Source of the DNA: Octopus sinensis
Taxonomy: Eukaryota
Assembly: GCF_006345805.1 (NCBI RefSeq)
Contig: NW_021834925.1
Location: 1 to 46,698, forward strand
Direction: 5' to 3'
DNA: 46,698 bases
Shown: positions 36,031 to 46,698 of the stretch, piece after piece
How positions within the stretch are numbered: the stretch's first letter is position 1
Layout: each line of letters begins with the position of its first letter
Notes under the pieces: model-generated
What the model saw: only the letters and a program-made list of their open reading frames with translations
Database searches by the model: none
What the model was told of the DNA's origin: nothing
Program-made: the position numbers and the translations under genes

Positions 36031-36833
36031 GAGGTTTGGTAGCCTTCAACTAACACTATCTCCTCCGAGATCCTGTGGCGCAAGTTGACCAAAATTGAAA
36101 GTATGATAGAAGAAGGCTTGCTCATCATTCCGTAGAAGAAAAAATTCAAATCGGACTATGTTAAGACCAAAAATTATTCACATCAAAAAGGTGCTATTTT
36201 TCTATGAAAATCCCTATTTTTTACGATTTTTTAACTGCTGTGTCGCCATTTTTCGTTGTATTTCAACCAGAAAAAGTGCGATATGCATGCTGTTACTATC
36301 TACAATGTTCAAGTCAAACGTTCAATGAGTATGTTTTGATTTTACAGAATTTTTTTTAGTGATACGTGATGTAAAATAGTTGATTTTTTTCATTTTACAA
36401 GTACAACCACGATTCATGTTACCCACCCGTTTGGCTTCAAAATAAAATTTTTCGGGGCTTTTTTGTAACCACAAACTGTTCTTATTAATGTTTCGGATTT
36501 TCCTGTACTTTTTCTTAATGAATGCTGTTGCAGTGTTAACTTCTTAATAGATTTTCAGTGCAGTTCGAAACTTGAGCTTCACTTTGCTTTAAATCTACGG
36601 GTAATAAATTTTCTCCATAATGTTAATAGAAGGAATATTAACCAGCAATACCAACAATTGAAGTCGGCATTACACATTTGCAGCTCATTCAGAGCAAACT
36701 CGAGCATCACCACACTATACTTTTATTCATAGATTGAAACTATATCAAAACTTTGTTAACGCGACATCAAAGTCTGCCGTTTTAAGCGCAACTATAAAAA
36801 TCAAAATCGAGCAACGCCGGGCTATACTGCTAG
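35965..36833 (+). mobile_element. Non-autonomous Helitron (longer relative of 18595-18900)
   Basis: A|TCTATATTATAAAGCTGAAGTTG start; end cgagcaacgccgggctatactgCTAG|T, nearly identical to the 18.9-kb copy. Confidence 0.8.
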
Positions 36834-37439
36834 TATTTAATACAATGTGTCCCCCAACCCTTTTTTAAAGATGAAAATGTGATTGTAGGGAGAATTGGTT
36901 GCTATGTATCGTTGCCGACCTACTTTGCTGATTCTAAGAGTGTATTCTCTGTTAAATGGTTAATGGATGAAATGCCCAGTTCTATACATTTTAGATCTTC
37001 TTGTGGTGAAGTTCATGGAACCATGACCATCGTTATAAAACAACGTGGAAGGTAACAAATGTTTACTTTCATTAGTGGTAACCATCAAACCGAAAATAGA
37101 TGTTTACTCTGTTTTATCTAATTACTTTAAGATAATAAAAATACAAGCGACACAAAACTCTAACACACATCGATAAAGAGAGAAAAGCCTGCACACATAA
37201 ATCTTGGCAAAAATCGAAGTGGAGAAACGAGATTAGGATGAAAGAGAGGAATAAAAATAGAAACGAAACATTTTAACAAATTTTTAAAAAAGAGAAAATA
37301 TCACGTGACGATTGTAATTAAATTATAACAAGAAACTCTTGATTTCTTCGATTATTTTTTTTTTACTTTTGTATTGTTTTATGAATCAACAATATTACCG
37401 GTGATCCATTTTTATTTTTGTCAGTGCGCTGGAGCTCGT

Positions 37440-37444
37440 GTGTA

Positions 37445-37475
<31 letters not shown>

Positions 37476-37619
37476 TAAAGAGAGAGTGGATGTATACAGG
37501 AAGAGAGGGAAAGAGAGCACAGCAATGTTATCGCAAATTCACACATGTACACACATAGACACACACACACACGAATATGCGTATATATACATACACACAA
37601 ACATACATACATGTACGCA

Positions 37620-37692
<73 letters not shown>

Positions 37693-37889
37693 CTATTTTT
37701 CTATCTATATGTATGTATGTTTGCATGCATGTTTATGCACATCTATGTATGCAAACGCGTTCGTGTGTGTAATCAAATAGATATATTTATGTATATTTAT
37801 CTCTGAATGAAAGCTCGTTATGACGAGCTTATAATATTTTAACAGCCAACAAAAGAAACCCCACAACCACCACCACCACCACCACCACC

Positions 37890-37921
<32 letters not shown>

Positions 37922-37950
37922 CAAACAACAACAACAACAACAACAACAAA
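37440..37950. repeat. Compound (GT)(GA)(TA)(TAGA)(CAC)(CAA) microsatellites
   Basis: Read directly. Confidence 0.95.
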
Positions 37951-38489
37951 CACAACAATTTTTGTTGCATGTTCCTCCTCGTTATAAAGAATCATCCCGT
38001 TGCTCTCTTAGCACGCACAAAAGAAAGCAATCAGTTACACGTGGTTAGCTTTTTGAGTTCTGAAGGGTTCTACTAAATCGTGCCATTTGTTAAGCAATGT
38101 GTTACATTTTTTTTTTTTTTTTTTGAGATTTGCAAGCAACTTGCTTCTCAAGCGTTCAGAGCTCTAATGACTGGACGCCAGCAGTAGGTTTCAGGGGTCA
38201 CCATTAGAGAAATTGTAGGACTTCGGGACCTTCCCCACGATGGCTTCTGGCTGACTAGGTTTTGAACTTAAGTCCTTTATTCCAGATAGGCAACACCTTT
38301 TGAATTAGGGCGTCAAGTACGGGTGTCTGACTTGCTTCATAGGTCTGACCTGCTTCACACCTAATTATCCTTTTCTAACTAGGTCTCGTCATACTTTTTC
38401 AGCCATATTCAGACTGTGTCATTTGTCAAGCAATTTGTTAATTTCTTAGTATATAGTAATTATTAAAAGAAAAAATTCTTTCATTACTT

Positions 38490-38760
38490 GTGCTCAACTG
38501 GTACTTATTTTATCGACCCAGAAAGGACGAAATGCAAAGTCGTCCGCGGCGGAATTTGAACCCAGAACGTAAAGACGGACGAAATACTTCAAAGCATTTT
38601 GCTCACCACCTCAACGAATCTAAATGGTTTAAAATTTTGGTACATGATCAACAATTTCGGGGTAGGGGCTAAGTCGATTACATCGACCCCAGTATTTAAC
38701 TGCTACTTACTTTATCGATCACAAAAGGATGAAAGGCAAAGTCGACCCCGACAGCATTTG
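38490..38760 (-). mobile_element. Two SINE A fragments
   Basis: caactggtacttattttatcgaccc..ggcggaatttgaacccagaacg; aaaggatgaaaggcaaagtcgacc. Confidence 0.85.
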
Positions 38761-38788
38761 ATACGAGTCTAAATATTATAAATGAAAA

Positions 38789-38947
38789 GCAGGAGTGGCT
38801 GTGTGGTAAGTAGCTTGCTTACCAACCACATGGTTTCGGGTTCATTCCCACTGCGTGGTACTTTGGGCAAGTGTCTTCTATTGTAGCCACGGGCCGAACA
38901 AAGCCTTGTGAGTGGATTTGGTAGACGGAAACTGAAAGAAGCTCGCC

Positions 38948-38998
<51 letters not shown>

Positions 38999-39068
38999 TT
39001 TTTTTGTGACCGCGATGTGTAACAACATCTGATGGTCTGGTCGGTCACGTGATCACGTGATATATATA

Positions 39069-39147
<79 letters not shown>

Positions 39148-39176
39148 TATATATATATATTATATATATATATATA

Positions 39177-39239
<63 letters not shown>

Positions 39240-39468
39240 GTGTGTGTGTGTGTGTGTATATGTTTGTGTCTGTTTGTTCCCCCAACATAGCTTGACAACC
39301 GATGCTGGTGTGTTTACGCCCCCGTAACTTAGCGGTTCGGCAAAAGAGACCGATAGAATAAGTACTAGGCTTCCAAAGAATAAGTCCTGGGGTCGACTTG
39401 CTCGACTGAAGGCGGTGCTCCAGCATGGCCGCCGTCAAATGACTGAAACAAGTAAAAGAGTAAAAGAG
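38789..39468 (+). mobile_element. SINE family B with an expanded internal (TA)n
   Basis: 5' half at 38789-38950, about 320 bp of microsatellite, 3' half at 39270-39468. Confidence 0.88.
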
Positions 39469-39568
39469 AAGGAAAGAAGCGTGCAATCATTGGGACTTGT
39501 ACTATCAACAGTAAAACAAACTATAATGAATTAATTTGGCAAAATATAAGCAGCCATATAAAATTAAA

Positions 39569-39991
39569 AGGAACGGCTGTGTGGTAAGTAGCTTGCTAAC
39601 CAGCCACATGGTTCCGGGTTCAGTTCCACTGCGTGGCATCTTGGGCAAGTGTCTTCTGCTATAGCCCCGGGCCGACCAATGCCTTGTGAGTGGATTTGGT
39701 TGATGGAAACTGAAAGAAGCCTGTCGTATATATGTATATATATATATATGCATGTGTGTGTGTTTGGTGTGTCTGTGTTTGTCCCCCTAGCATCGCTTGA
39801 CAACCGATGCTAGTGTGTTTACGTCCCCGTCGCTTAGCGGTTCGGCAAAAGAGACCGATAGAATAAGTACTGGGCTTACAAAGATTAAGTCCCGGGGTCG
39901 ATTTGATCGACTAAAGGCGGTGCTCCAGCATGGCTGCAGTCAAATGACTGAAACAAGTAAAAGAGTAAAAGAGTAAAAAGAGTAAAGAGTA
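39569..39991 (+). mobile_element. SINE family B
   Basis: Same structure; (AGTAAAAG)n tail. Confidence 0.9.
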
Positions 39992-40507
39992 ACGCTTCTG
40001 AATTAATACGGACATGCAGTGAAGTCATGGAAAAGGCGGTGGATTGCTAAGTATTTAGGAGGATAATACGTCACTTGTCATTCTCCTCGCCATTCTCTAA
40101 CGAAAAGACGTTAAACTTATTTAAACCAATGTTTCTCCATCACTTTTCGCATATGCTCCCCGCCAAACACTTAGAAACTTACTAACAACCCACACCACCA
40201 CTCTAGTTCTACCCTTATGTAATAAAGGTAGTTGTTGTAATTGATTTTAAAATAAATCTAGACAATTTAATTATATAGACAGTTTAATCATAATGACAAT
40301 GCTGTTATTAAAGTGAATAACAAAAAAAAAGGAATAATTATGATGACGTACATTATTTATTAATTAATATCATTAAAATAAGAATAATTAAACCAACGCG
40401 TCATTTATTAATGTGGTTCCTGTGGCTGATGACCAGCTGCAAGTTTTGCAATATTTGCTTCCAAGTTTCATAAAAGGAGTTGAAGATCCCAATGTTGCAC
40501 TGCTTAC

Positions 40508-40562
40508 GTCCGTTCTCTGCTTTCGGACGCGGCTCGATTTGTTGCCATAAAATCTTTTCTCG
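40508..40562 (-). other. Candidate 55-bp exon
   Basis: Minus strand ttttcacctttctgttctcctttatAG|cgagaaaag...agaacggac|GTAAGC. CpG-rich; all three frames are open. Confidence 0.3.
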
Positions 40563-40633
40563 CTATAAAGGAGAACAGAAAGGTGAAAAATAACTGTATT
40601 TGAATATGGTATACGTAATTGAGGCAGTATTAA

Positions 40634-40944
40634 CCCCTTACCCGGCAGAAACGAATATATGCGTTTTGACCGAAATCGTTTTTTTTTTCCATTTCTGGTG
40701 AGTTAACTCGTCAAAAGATAGACTCGCCAAAATCGACAGCAAACGAGTTCCTTCGTCTAAAAACGGGTTAACTCGTTTCTGCCCAAAGCGGTAATTTAAA
40801 ATCAATATTATTGAATTAAAATTCATAATAAATAAGGTTTGAAATATACCTCGAAATCACCATTCAAAACATAGTAAAATAAAACAATTAAAAAATATGT
40901 CTGAAAAAATACATTTATTTTCAAAATAATTGTTGGGTAAGGGG
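40634..40944. mobile_element. piggyBac-type MITE
   Basis: TTAA|ccccttacccggca ... tgttgggtaagggg|TTAA. Confidence 0.75.
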
Positions 40945-40999
40945 TTAAAGTAGTCACGTAGGTATCTTACTTAATGTAAGTACTCTGTTGACAGGCCAG

Positions 41000-41525
41000 T
41001 TTACCGTAGTATTTTCTCGTGGTACCATTTCTTATGGATATGCTGTGTTAAAACACCAATAACCATAGGCGAAAGACGAAAAACACGCGCCATTGAAAAG
41101 GCTAAAAAACGCTGAAATGCATCTGGAGTTCTTACTAGCCACTGCTGGATTGCGTCCCCAAAGTCCATCCCCTCCTCACCGTGGTGGGGACGCTGGCAAC
41201 GTGTAGTGTCAGAGCTATGCCCTTGGGAACTTCGGTTCCTGGTAGGGCCACCCAAGGCGGAATGGTCTGACACCGAGTGGTATTAGGGCCACAACCCGGC
41301 AGACGGGGCTCTGGTGAAAATCCTCGAAGTATCTGTTTCGGCAACCGGCGGTTCCTCGGTTGTTCTGTCCCTGTGTCTGCGGACAATCTGCGGCAAACAG
41401 GATGTCTTTACATGCGGGTTTGGGGACCGCTTGTGAAATCCACATATTTCCACGAAACTTCTTCCATGAGTAGAAGAAGCCGACTCAACCCGCCCAGGGT
41501 GAATGTTGCTACAAGTACAAGTAAG
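41000..41525 (-). mobile_element. Probable RTE-clade LINE 5' UTR
   Basis: GC-rich island. Minus strand ggccctaccaggaaccgaagttcccaagggcatagctctg..ccaccacggtgagg resembles the RTE 5' UTR motif as I recall it; preceded by (CTTGTA)n. Confidence 0.45.
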
Positions 41526-41914
41526 TACTGCTGGATTGCTGGGTCGAATTTTCTTCTCCCCCCAATATTTATTGTGTCTTTAGCACAGCACAACTGTAAC
41601 GGATGTTATCTTAGAACAAATAGCACAATAACAATTGTTATAAATATACGCAACAAGTCCTCAAATTTTCATCTATAAATAATTGCGAAAGTCTTTCATT
41701 GATTGAAGCTACCTTTTGCCAAGGTTTCACTTGTTAAATTTAATTTCACTTCTAAAATAGCTGACTGCATTCTTTGTGTGCATTAGATTAAAATTGTTCC
41801 TTTCCATTTACAAACTCAGTTTGTTCGTCTTGCCATAAATACCTGGCAAAGAAGCCGCATCTCTGTGAATAAAAACAGTGTGTTTTGCTTATTAGATAAC
41901 ATAATTCATAAACA

Positions 41915-42324
41915 TAGGCGCAGGAGTGGCTGTGTGGTAAGTAGCTTGCTAACCAACCAGATGGTTCCGGGTTCAGTCCCACTGCGTGGCATCTTGGGCA
42001 AGTGTCTTCTGCTATAACCCCGGGCCGACCAATGCCTTGTGAGTGGATTTGGTAGACGGAAACTGAAAGAAGCCTGTCGTATATATGTGTATATATGTAT
42101 GTGTGTTTGTTTGTGTGTCTGTGTTGTCCCCCTAGCATTGCTTGACAACCGATGCTGGTGTGTTTATGTCCCCGTTACTAGCGGTTCGGCAAAGAGACCG
42201 ATAGCATAAGTACTGGGCTTACAAAAAAGAATAAGTCCCGGGTCGAGTCGCTCGACTAAAGGCGGTGCTCCAGCATGGCCGCAGTCAAAGGACTGAAACA
42301 AGTAAAAGAGTAAAAGAGTAAAGA
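41915..42324 (+). mobile_element. SINE family B
   Basis: Full length, from taggcgcagg to the (GTAAAAGA)n tail. Confidence 0.92.
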
Positions 42325-42750
42325 GAGATGTCACAATAGTGTTGTAAAATTGAAAGAAATACGATCGATTCAGAAGTGATCGAACTTCAGTGTCAAGAAA
42401 TAGTGCACAAAATATATATTACTCTCTTCACAAAATCGACGGAGCACCCAGAGTTTTAATGTCCAAATTTTGATTTCGTTAAAAGTATTATTAAAGCTCG
42501 ACTCCATAACAAACTGATCACCAAGCATTTTAACAATGTTTAGTGTTGCCAACAGTAAACAGCGAAGGAGTCGGGTCCTTGCTTTTTTCATATACAAAGC
42601 AAGACTATCTAGGCGAATTCTCATAGTTATCGTACGATACCATATTGATAAAAGGCAATATTTTTTTTTTATTTCCGATCCAACTTTTCAAAACTCCATT
42701 TTTTTTTCTCCCATTATATACATGACTTACAGAAAAAAGATTTCTCATAT

Positions 42751-42968
42751 ACTCTTTTACTCTTTACTCTTTTACTTGTTTTAGTCATTTGACTGCGGCC
42801 ATGCTGGAGCACCGCCTTTAGTCGAGCAAATCGACCCCGGGACTTATTCTTTTGTAAGCCCAGTACTTATTCCATCGGTCTCTTTTGCCGAACCGCTAAG
42901 TGACGGGGACGTAAACAGACAAGCATCGGTTGTCAAGCAATGCTAGGGGGACAAACACAGACACACAA

Positions 42969-43003
<35 letters not shown>

Positions 43004-43178
43004 CACATATATACGACAGGCTTCTTTCAGTTTCCGTCTACCAAATCCACTCACAACGCATTGGTCGGCGCGGGGCTATAACATAAGACACTTGCCCAAG
43101 ATGCCATGCAGTGGGACTGAACCCGGAACCATGTGGTTGGTTAGCAAGCTACTTACCACACAGCCACTCCTGCGCCTA
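42751..43178 (-). mobile_element. SINE family B (inverted relative to 41915-42324)
   Basis: Full-length reverse complement. Confidence 0.92.
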
Positions 43179-43689
43179 TAGCCACTCCAACAAAATACGC
43201 ATAAGTCATACCAATAAAGATTTATTGCCTCGGAACGATTGATTCTTCAACCGCAACTGATTGCCAACACCCTCATGCCATCGAGAGTTTATTATTTTAA
43301 GAAAAATAGATTTTAGAATGTTTTGTACATATGTTAAGGACAATGGTAAGAATTTCAGAACATTAGATTTTCCCCAACAGTATGTGGTTTTTCACATTTA
43401 GGTATGATATGATATTCTGTATGAAGCAATGTGGAAACTGTCGGGTTTTGGGTCACTCTTTAAGCCCATCTAGAGTAAGGCATCTTCAAGATGTTTATGT
43501 AATCTTTTGTAACTGTAAATACATGAGGATTCTTTGGGTGTTTTCTCAAGAAGTGTACTTCCATAGTTTCACTTAATAAAATATTTTTTCGGAAAAGATA
43601 TACAGGTCGTCGTTGAACCGAAGACATATACAACAGATTTGTTTAATATATTGTCTAACTTTGGTTTTATTTTAGTATGGGTTATTCTT

Positions 43690-44210
43690 TCTTTCTTCCG
43701 TTCGATTCTTTCTTTCTTTCTTTCTTTTTTCTTCTTTTTTTCATTTCTTTCAGTCTTCTTCTTTTCCATCTCCACATCCTCCTCCTTCTCCTCCACCAAC
43801 TTACTACACAAACTCCACATCCTCCTCCTCCTTCATTCATCATTTCTTCCACCTTCTCCTCCAACCTCCACTTTCCTCCTCCTCCACTCCTTCACCACCA
43901 CATCCCTCCTCAACCTCAACATCATCCACCTCCACTTACCCCACCTCCCCACCTCTACCTCCACCTCCTCCTCCTCCACCTCCACCTCCGCCACCTCCTC
44001 CACTCCCACCTCCACCTCCTCCTACTCCACCTCCTCCTACTCCACCTCCTCCTACTCCACCTCCTCCTACTCCACATCCTCCTTCTCCACCTCCTTCACC
44101 ACCACCTCCTCCACCACCCCTCCTCCACTCCTCTTCTTCCCCTCCTTTCCTCCTCCTCCTCTGCTCCTCCCACTTCCCGCCATCCCTTCACCTCTCCTTT
44201 CTTTTTCGTT
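43690..44210. repeat. Polypyrimidine/(CCT,CCA)n tract with a 15-bp tccacctcctcctac unit
   Basis: Read directly. Confidence 0.93.
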
Positions 44211-44503
44211 TCTAATCAAGAAAATAATTAAGACAAGTAATGGCTCAAGGCCTTAGTTTCCATGGTATGGTAGTGTGGTAAGAATAATGTGTGTGCGTGT
44301 ATGTGTGTGTGTGTGGTGTGTGTGTGTGTGTGTGTGTGTGGTGAGTGTGTGTATAGTTGAGATTTACAGAAAGACAAAATACAAAGACAGGTGTATAAAC
44401 AACAAGCAAGTGTATTAGTTTGACGCTCTACACATCTCAACTACTAGCTGAACTTTCTACACCTCTCCTCACATACATACACACACACATATATATGTGC
44501 ATG

Positions 44504-44534
<31 letters not shown>

Positions 44535-44660
44535 TTAAATATATATATATATGTACGTGTGTATGTATGTATTTATGTATGCATGTGTGTATGTATGTAT
44601 ATACACACACATATATACATACATGTCTATATATATGTGTGTGTATATATATTTATATAT

Positions 44661-45003
44661 AAAATGGAACAAAAACGTAATGGAGGACAATAAAACATCC
44701 AGTCAGATTGACGATACAAAGGCGGACAGGAAAACTACAAATAGAAGGACAAGAAAAAAAAGGACGGGTCTTTCGCTGCCTTCTTCATCAGTCAAGTTTC
44801 CAGATGTCTTTACAGTTTCCGACAGTTACACTTAAGATTGTTCAATCTGGTTGCCTACCCCCAAGTCTAAACTAAGAACATTAAATTTTTTGAAAGAATG
44901 CAAGCGATTCTTGTCCCTCTATTTGTTATTTTTCTTGTCTGCCTTTGTATCGTCTATTTGTCCAGATGTTTTATTGTCCTCTATTGCGTTTTTGTTCCAT
45001 TTT
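44661..45003. mobile_element. Fold-back copy of family G (about 95-bp inverted arms) in a TA-rich context
   Basis: 44661-44755 vs 44908-45003: atggaacaaaaacg.aat.gaggacaataaaacatc..gacgatacaaaggc.gaca. Confidence 0.8.
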
Positions 45004-45238
45004 TTAAATATTTATATATGCATATAGCGGCGCACGTACACTTTTGCACACCTTGTAAGTAAGTATATATATACTCGAACAATTCAGCTCCCGTAGTTAT
45101 TCCTTTTAAAGTTCTGTGCTTATTCTATCTGTCTATTTTACTGAATCCTTACGTTACGGGAACATTAAGACCCCAACATAGATTATCTCACATAAGTACA
45201 AACATAAACATACTCACATACATACATACATACATACA

Positions 45239-45269
<31 letters not shown>

Positions 45270-45344
45270 GTGTGTGCGTATATGTATATATTTAAATGTG
45301 TGTGTAATATATATATATAGATATAGATATTTCAATATGTGACC

Positions 45345-45548
45345 GCATGTGTATCGTTGGCGATTTTCTTTTTCCGTCTTTCCTTCCTTGGACCTTTCCT
45401 TTCTCTATGTTTCTGACGAAGAGCTCCACTCGAAACGTTAAATCCTCCTTCTTTCTTTCCTTTCCTGAGCGTCCATTAACACTATACTTATTCCACGTCC
45501 TTGCGTTGTTGTGTTTTCTGTTTGTTCATGTTTGGATTAATTATACAT
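45345..45548 (+). mobile_element. Repeat family H (PLE-type) copy
   Basis: Homologous to 33275-33470; flanked by TA/TG microsatellites. Confidence 0.7.
45409..45443 (+). ncRNA. Minimal type I hammerhead
   Basis: GUUU CUGACGA A GAG CUCCA CUC GAAA C GUU^ AAAU. Canonical core, 3-bp stem II, palindromic AACGUU, short stem I. Confidence 0.65.
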
Positions 45549-45550
45549 AT

Positions 45551-45617
<67 letters not shown>

Positions 45618-45619
45618 TG

Positions 45620-46125
45620 CATTCATATATGTCGGGGTTGTCGATTCCTTATGTAGAGTCTGACCACCTCTGTCTGATGTGGCTTTTTAATCCAGAAATT
45701 GTATTGAAAAAACACCCACATACATTGCATATCTGATTTGGACCACCAAGAGCTGCAGTTAAGTTCTCCGTTAGATTTGAAGACCTTATGACATACATGG
45801 CATTGAATGGTGTGCACAAATATATTGGCAGAATTGTTGGTGGAGGTTCATTTTTCATGGGTCCGCAAATGAGGATTTGCGCCCAGCAAAAAGAAGGCAT
45901 GGCCTGTCATAAACTATGCACGCAAAATGGTCATTGTGATTCACCTTCACGATCGTAACATTTGACTTGAGTCTTGCATGCGTTATCCTGTCCTCTTCAA
46001 ACGCTTTACTCCACTCCACACTTTTGTTCGCCATCCAACTCGATCTGAAGCAAGGGTTTCTATGTCCTCTGGATCCATTCCAAGTGACTTCAGAGTAGTC
46101 CTTATGCCATCCTAAAACCTTCTTT
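45620..46125 (-). pseudogene. 3' end of an RTE/RTEX-type LINE ORF2 with C2H2 zinc fingers
   Basis: DGIRTTLKSLGMDPEDIETLASDRVGWRTKVWSGVK, then CHVCHKVFKS and CNVCGCFFNTISGLKSHIR, with frameshifts. Confidence 0.75.
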
Positions 46126-46167
46126 TAGGTTTTATACACACACACACACACACATACAAGCACACAC

Positions 46168-46375
46168 ATATGTGCATATATAAATGTACATATATAAATG
46201 TACATATTATATATATGTGCATATATAAATGTACATATATAAATGTACATATTATATATATGTGCATATATAAATGTACATATATAAATGTACATATATA
46301 ATATGTGCATATAATAAGTACATATATAAATGTAAATTTATATTATATGTGCATATATAAATGTACATATATATT
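46168..46375. repeat. 45-bp AT-rich minisatellite built from 14-bp subunits
   Basis: atatgtgc + 2x atatataaatgtac + atattatat; about 3 perfect and 1-2 degenerate copies. Confidence 0.9.
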
Positions 46376-46515
46376 TATGTATAATTATATCCAATATATT
46401 CATATATACATGCATAAATACATACATAATATAATTATGTATGTATATCTGTATGTATCTCTCTCTCTCAGTCTGTCTGTCTCTCTCCTGTTATATATAT
46501 ATATATATATTTATT

Positions 46516-46551
<36 letters not shown>

Positions 46552-46698
46552 CAAATGCATGCATGATGACAATGTCTATCTTTAGATTTTGTTTTTTTTT
46601 TTACTATCAACGAAATTCTATCATATTCGGTTTTGTTTCTTGTTATATATTTTACAAATAAATTGAAAATGCACGTATGTTAATTGCTTAAGAACAAC

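Overview
AT-rich, microsatellite-saturated eukaryotic DNA, most likely from an octopus (coleoid cephalopod). This is an inference from the (TA)n/(TACA)n/(TAGA)n load and the tRNA-derived SINE families; no database search was possible. No intact protein-coding gene is visible, and almost all listed ORFs are microsatellite artefacts. The window is a transposon graveyard. It holds about 30 tRNA-derived SINE copies in several modular families (Meta/MESC-like and CORE-like), two decayed hAT transposases, two non-autonomous Helitrons, a HINE-like element, piggyBac/Tigger/Charlie-type MITEs and RTE-type LINE fragments. There is one candidate 55-bp minus-strand exon. The most interesting signal is a set of RNA-derived insertions anchored in (TA)n arrays. 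(i) A complete type I hammerhead ribozyme at 5657-5747 (-). (ii) Two copies of a family with a minimal hammerhead (33375-33414 -, 45409-45443 +). (iii) Several fold-back elements. (iv) A young, near-identical 359-bp structured unit present as head-to-tail concatemers in both orientations (6692-7651). This last architecture is what reverse transcription of a circular or concatemeric RNA would give (retrozyme/Penelope-like), but I could find no canonical ribozyme inside the unit.
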